Shown piece by piece: positions 36,865-38,057 of a DNA stretch of 38,057 bases (positions within the stretch are counted from its first letter, which is position 1; the number at the start of each line of letters is the position of its first letter). The DNA is from Lama guanicoe (lineage: Eukaryota): NCBI GenBank assembly GCA_013239625.1, contig MU053994.1, positions 4,698,645 through 4,736,701 of the forward strand, given 5' to 3'. The notes under the pieces were generated by a model that had not been told where the DNA came from, did not search any database, and saw only the letters and a list, made by a program, of their open reading frames with translations. A program made the translations under genes and the position numbers.

Positions 36865-37007
36865 TTTTTTAAAAATTATTTTTATTTATTTATTTTTTTT
36901 AGGGGGAGAGGTAATTAGGTTTATTCATTTTAATGGAGGTGCTGCGGATTGAACCCAGGACCTTGTGCGTACCAAGTGGGCACCCTACAACTGAGCTCTA
37001 CACTCCC
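36865..37007 (-). mobile_element. tRNA-derived SINE, Vic-1-like
   Basis: Reverse complement: gggagtgtagagctcagttgtag...gtcctgggttcaatccgcagcacctcc...aaacctaattacctc plus A-tail. Confidence 0.85.
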
Positions 37008-37020
37008 AACTAAGGAAATC

Positions 37021-38007
37021 TTTTTTTGTTTGAGTTATAGTCAGTTTACAATGTTGTGTCAACTTCCAGTGTAGGGCACAATTTTTCAGTTACACATGAA
37101 CATACATATATTCATTGTCACATTCTTTTTCACTGTGACCTACCACAAGATCTTGTATATATTTCCCTGTGCTATACGGTATAATCTTGTTTATCTATTC
37201 TACATATGCCTGTCAATATCTACAAATATCGAACTCCCAGTCTGTCCCTTCCCACCCACCTCCCCACTGGCAAACACAAGTTTGTATTCTATGTCTATGA
37301 GTCTGTTTCTGTTTTGTATTTACGTTCATTTGTCTTTTTCTTACTTTCTTTCTTTCATCTTTTTTTTTTTTAGATTCCAAATATAAGCGATCTCATATGG
37401 TATTTTTCTTTCTCTTTCTGGCTTACTTCGCTTAGAATGACATTCTCCAGGAACATCCATATTGCTGCAAATGGCATTATGTAGACATTTTTTATGGCTG
37501 AATAGTATTCCATTGTATAAATATACCACCTCTTCTTTATCCAGTCATCTGTTGATGGACATTTAGGCTGTTTCCATGTCTTGGCTATTGTTAATAGTGC
37601 TGCTATGAACATTGGGGTGCAGGTGTCTTTTTGAAGTAGGTAGGTTTCCTTCTGGATATATGCCCAGGAGTGGGATTCCTGGGTCATATGGTAAGTATTC
37701 CTAGTCTTTTGAGCACTCTCCATACTGTTTTCCACAGTGGATGCACCACACTGCATTCCCACCAGCAGTGTAGGAGGGCTCCCTTTTGTCCATAGCCTCT
37801 CCAGCATTTGTCATTTGTGGACTTTTGATGGACGGCCATTCTGACTGGTGTGAGGTGATACCTCATTGTAGTTTTAATTTGCATTTCTCTGATAATTAGT
37901 GATACTGAGCATTTTTTCATGTGCCTAATGATCATTTGTATTTCTTCCTTGGAGAATTACTTGTTTAAGTCTTCTGCCCATTTTTTGATTTTGTTGTTTG
38001 TTTGTTT
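37021..38007 (-). mobile_element. Young L1 ORF2 end plus 3' UTR
   Basis: Minus frames [21 protein letters not shown] and [22 protein letters not shown]. Confidence 0.95.
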
Positions 38008-38057
38008 CTTTTTTTTTACCTTTTTTATTGATTCATAATCATTTTACAGTGTTGTGT
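38008..38057 (-). mobile_element. 3' tip of a second young L1 nested in the preceding L1, cut by the window end
   Basis: Poly(T) then ttttttattgattcataatcattttacagtgttgtgt, the reverse complement of the L1 terminus at 357-392. Confidence 0.85.

Overview
Repeat-dense mammalian DNA, probably camelid (Vic-1-type tRNA-derived SINEs plus young L1 copies with a shared 3' UTR). No intact host protein-coding gene is evident, and there is one 257-N gap. The main result is that much of the non-repeat sequence between transposons translates into decayed, collinear bornavirus-like genes. Element 1 (minus strand, ~11830 to ~450) reads G-like, M-like, then L-like, the G-M-L order of carbo-/culterviruses, and lacks the RdRp core. 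Element 2 (plus strand, ~24485 to ~36300) is a near full-length L-like polymerase fossil with degenerate RdRp and capping motifs. The two point away from each other, look dissimilar where they are homologous, and are broken up by old TE families, so they appear to be two independent ancient integrations ~12.6 kb apart. All viral alignments were made by eye against BoDV-1 proteins recalled from memory, and TE subfamily names come from recognition. Both need tblastn/HMM and RepeatMasker confirmation.
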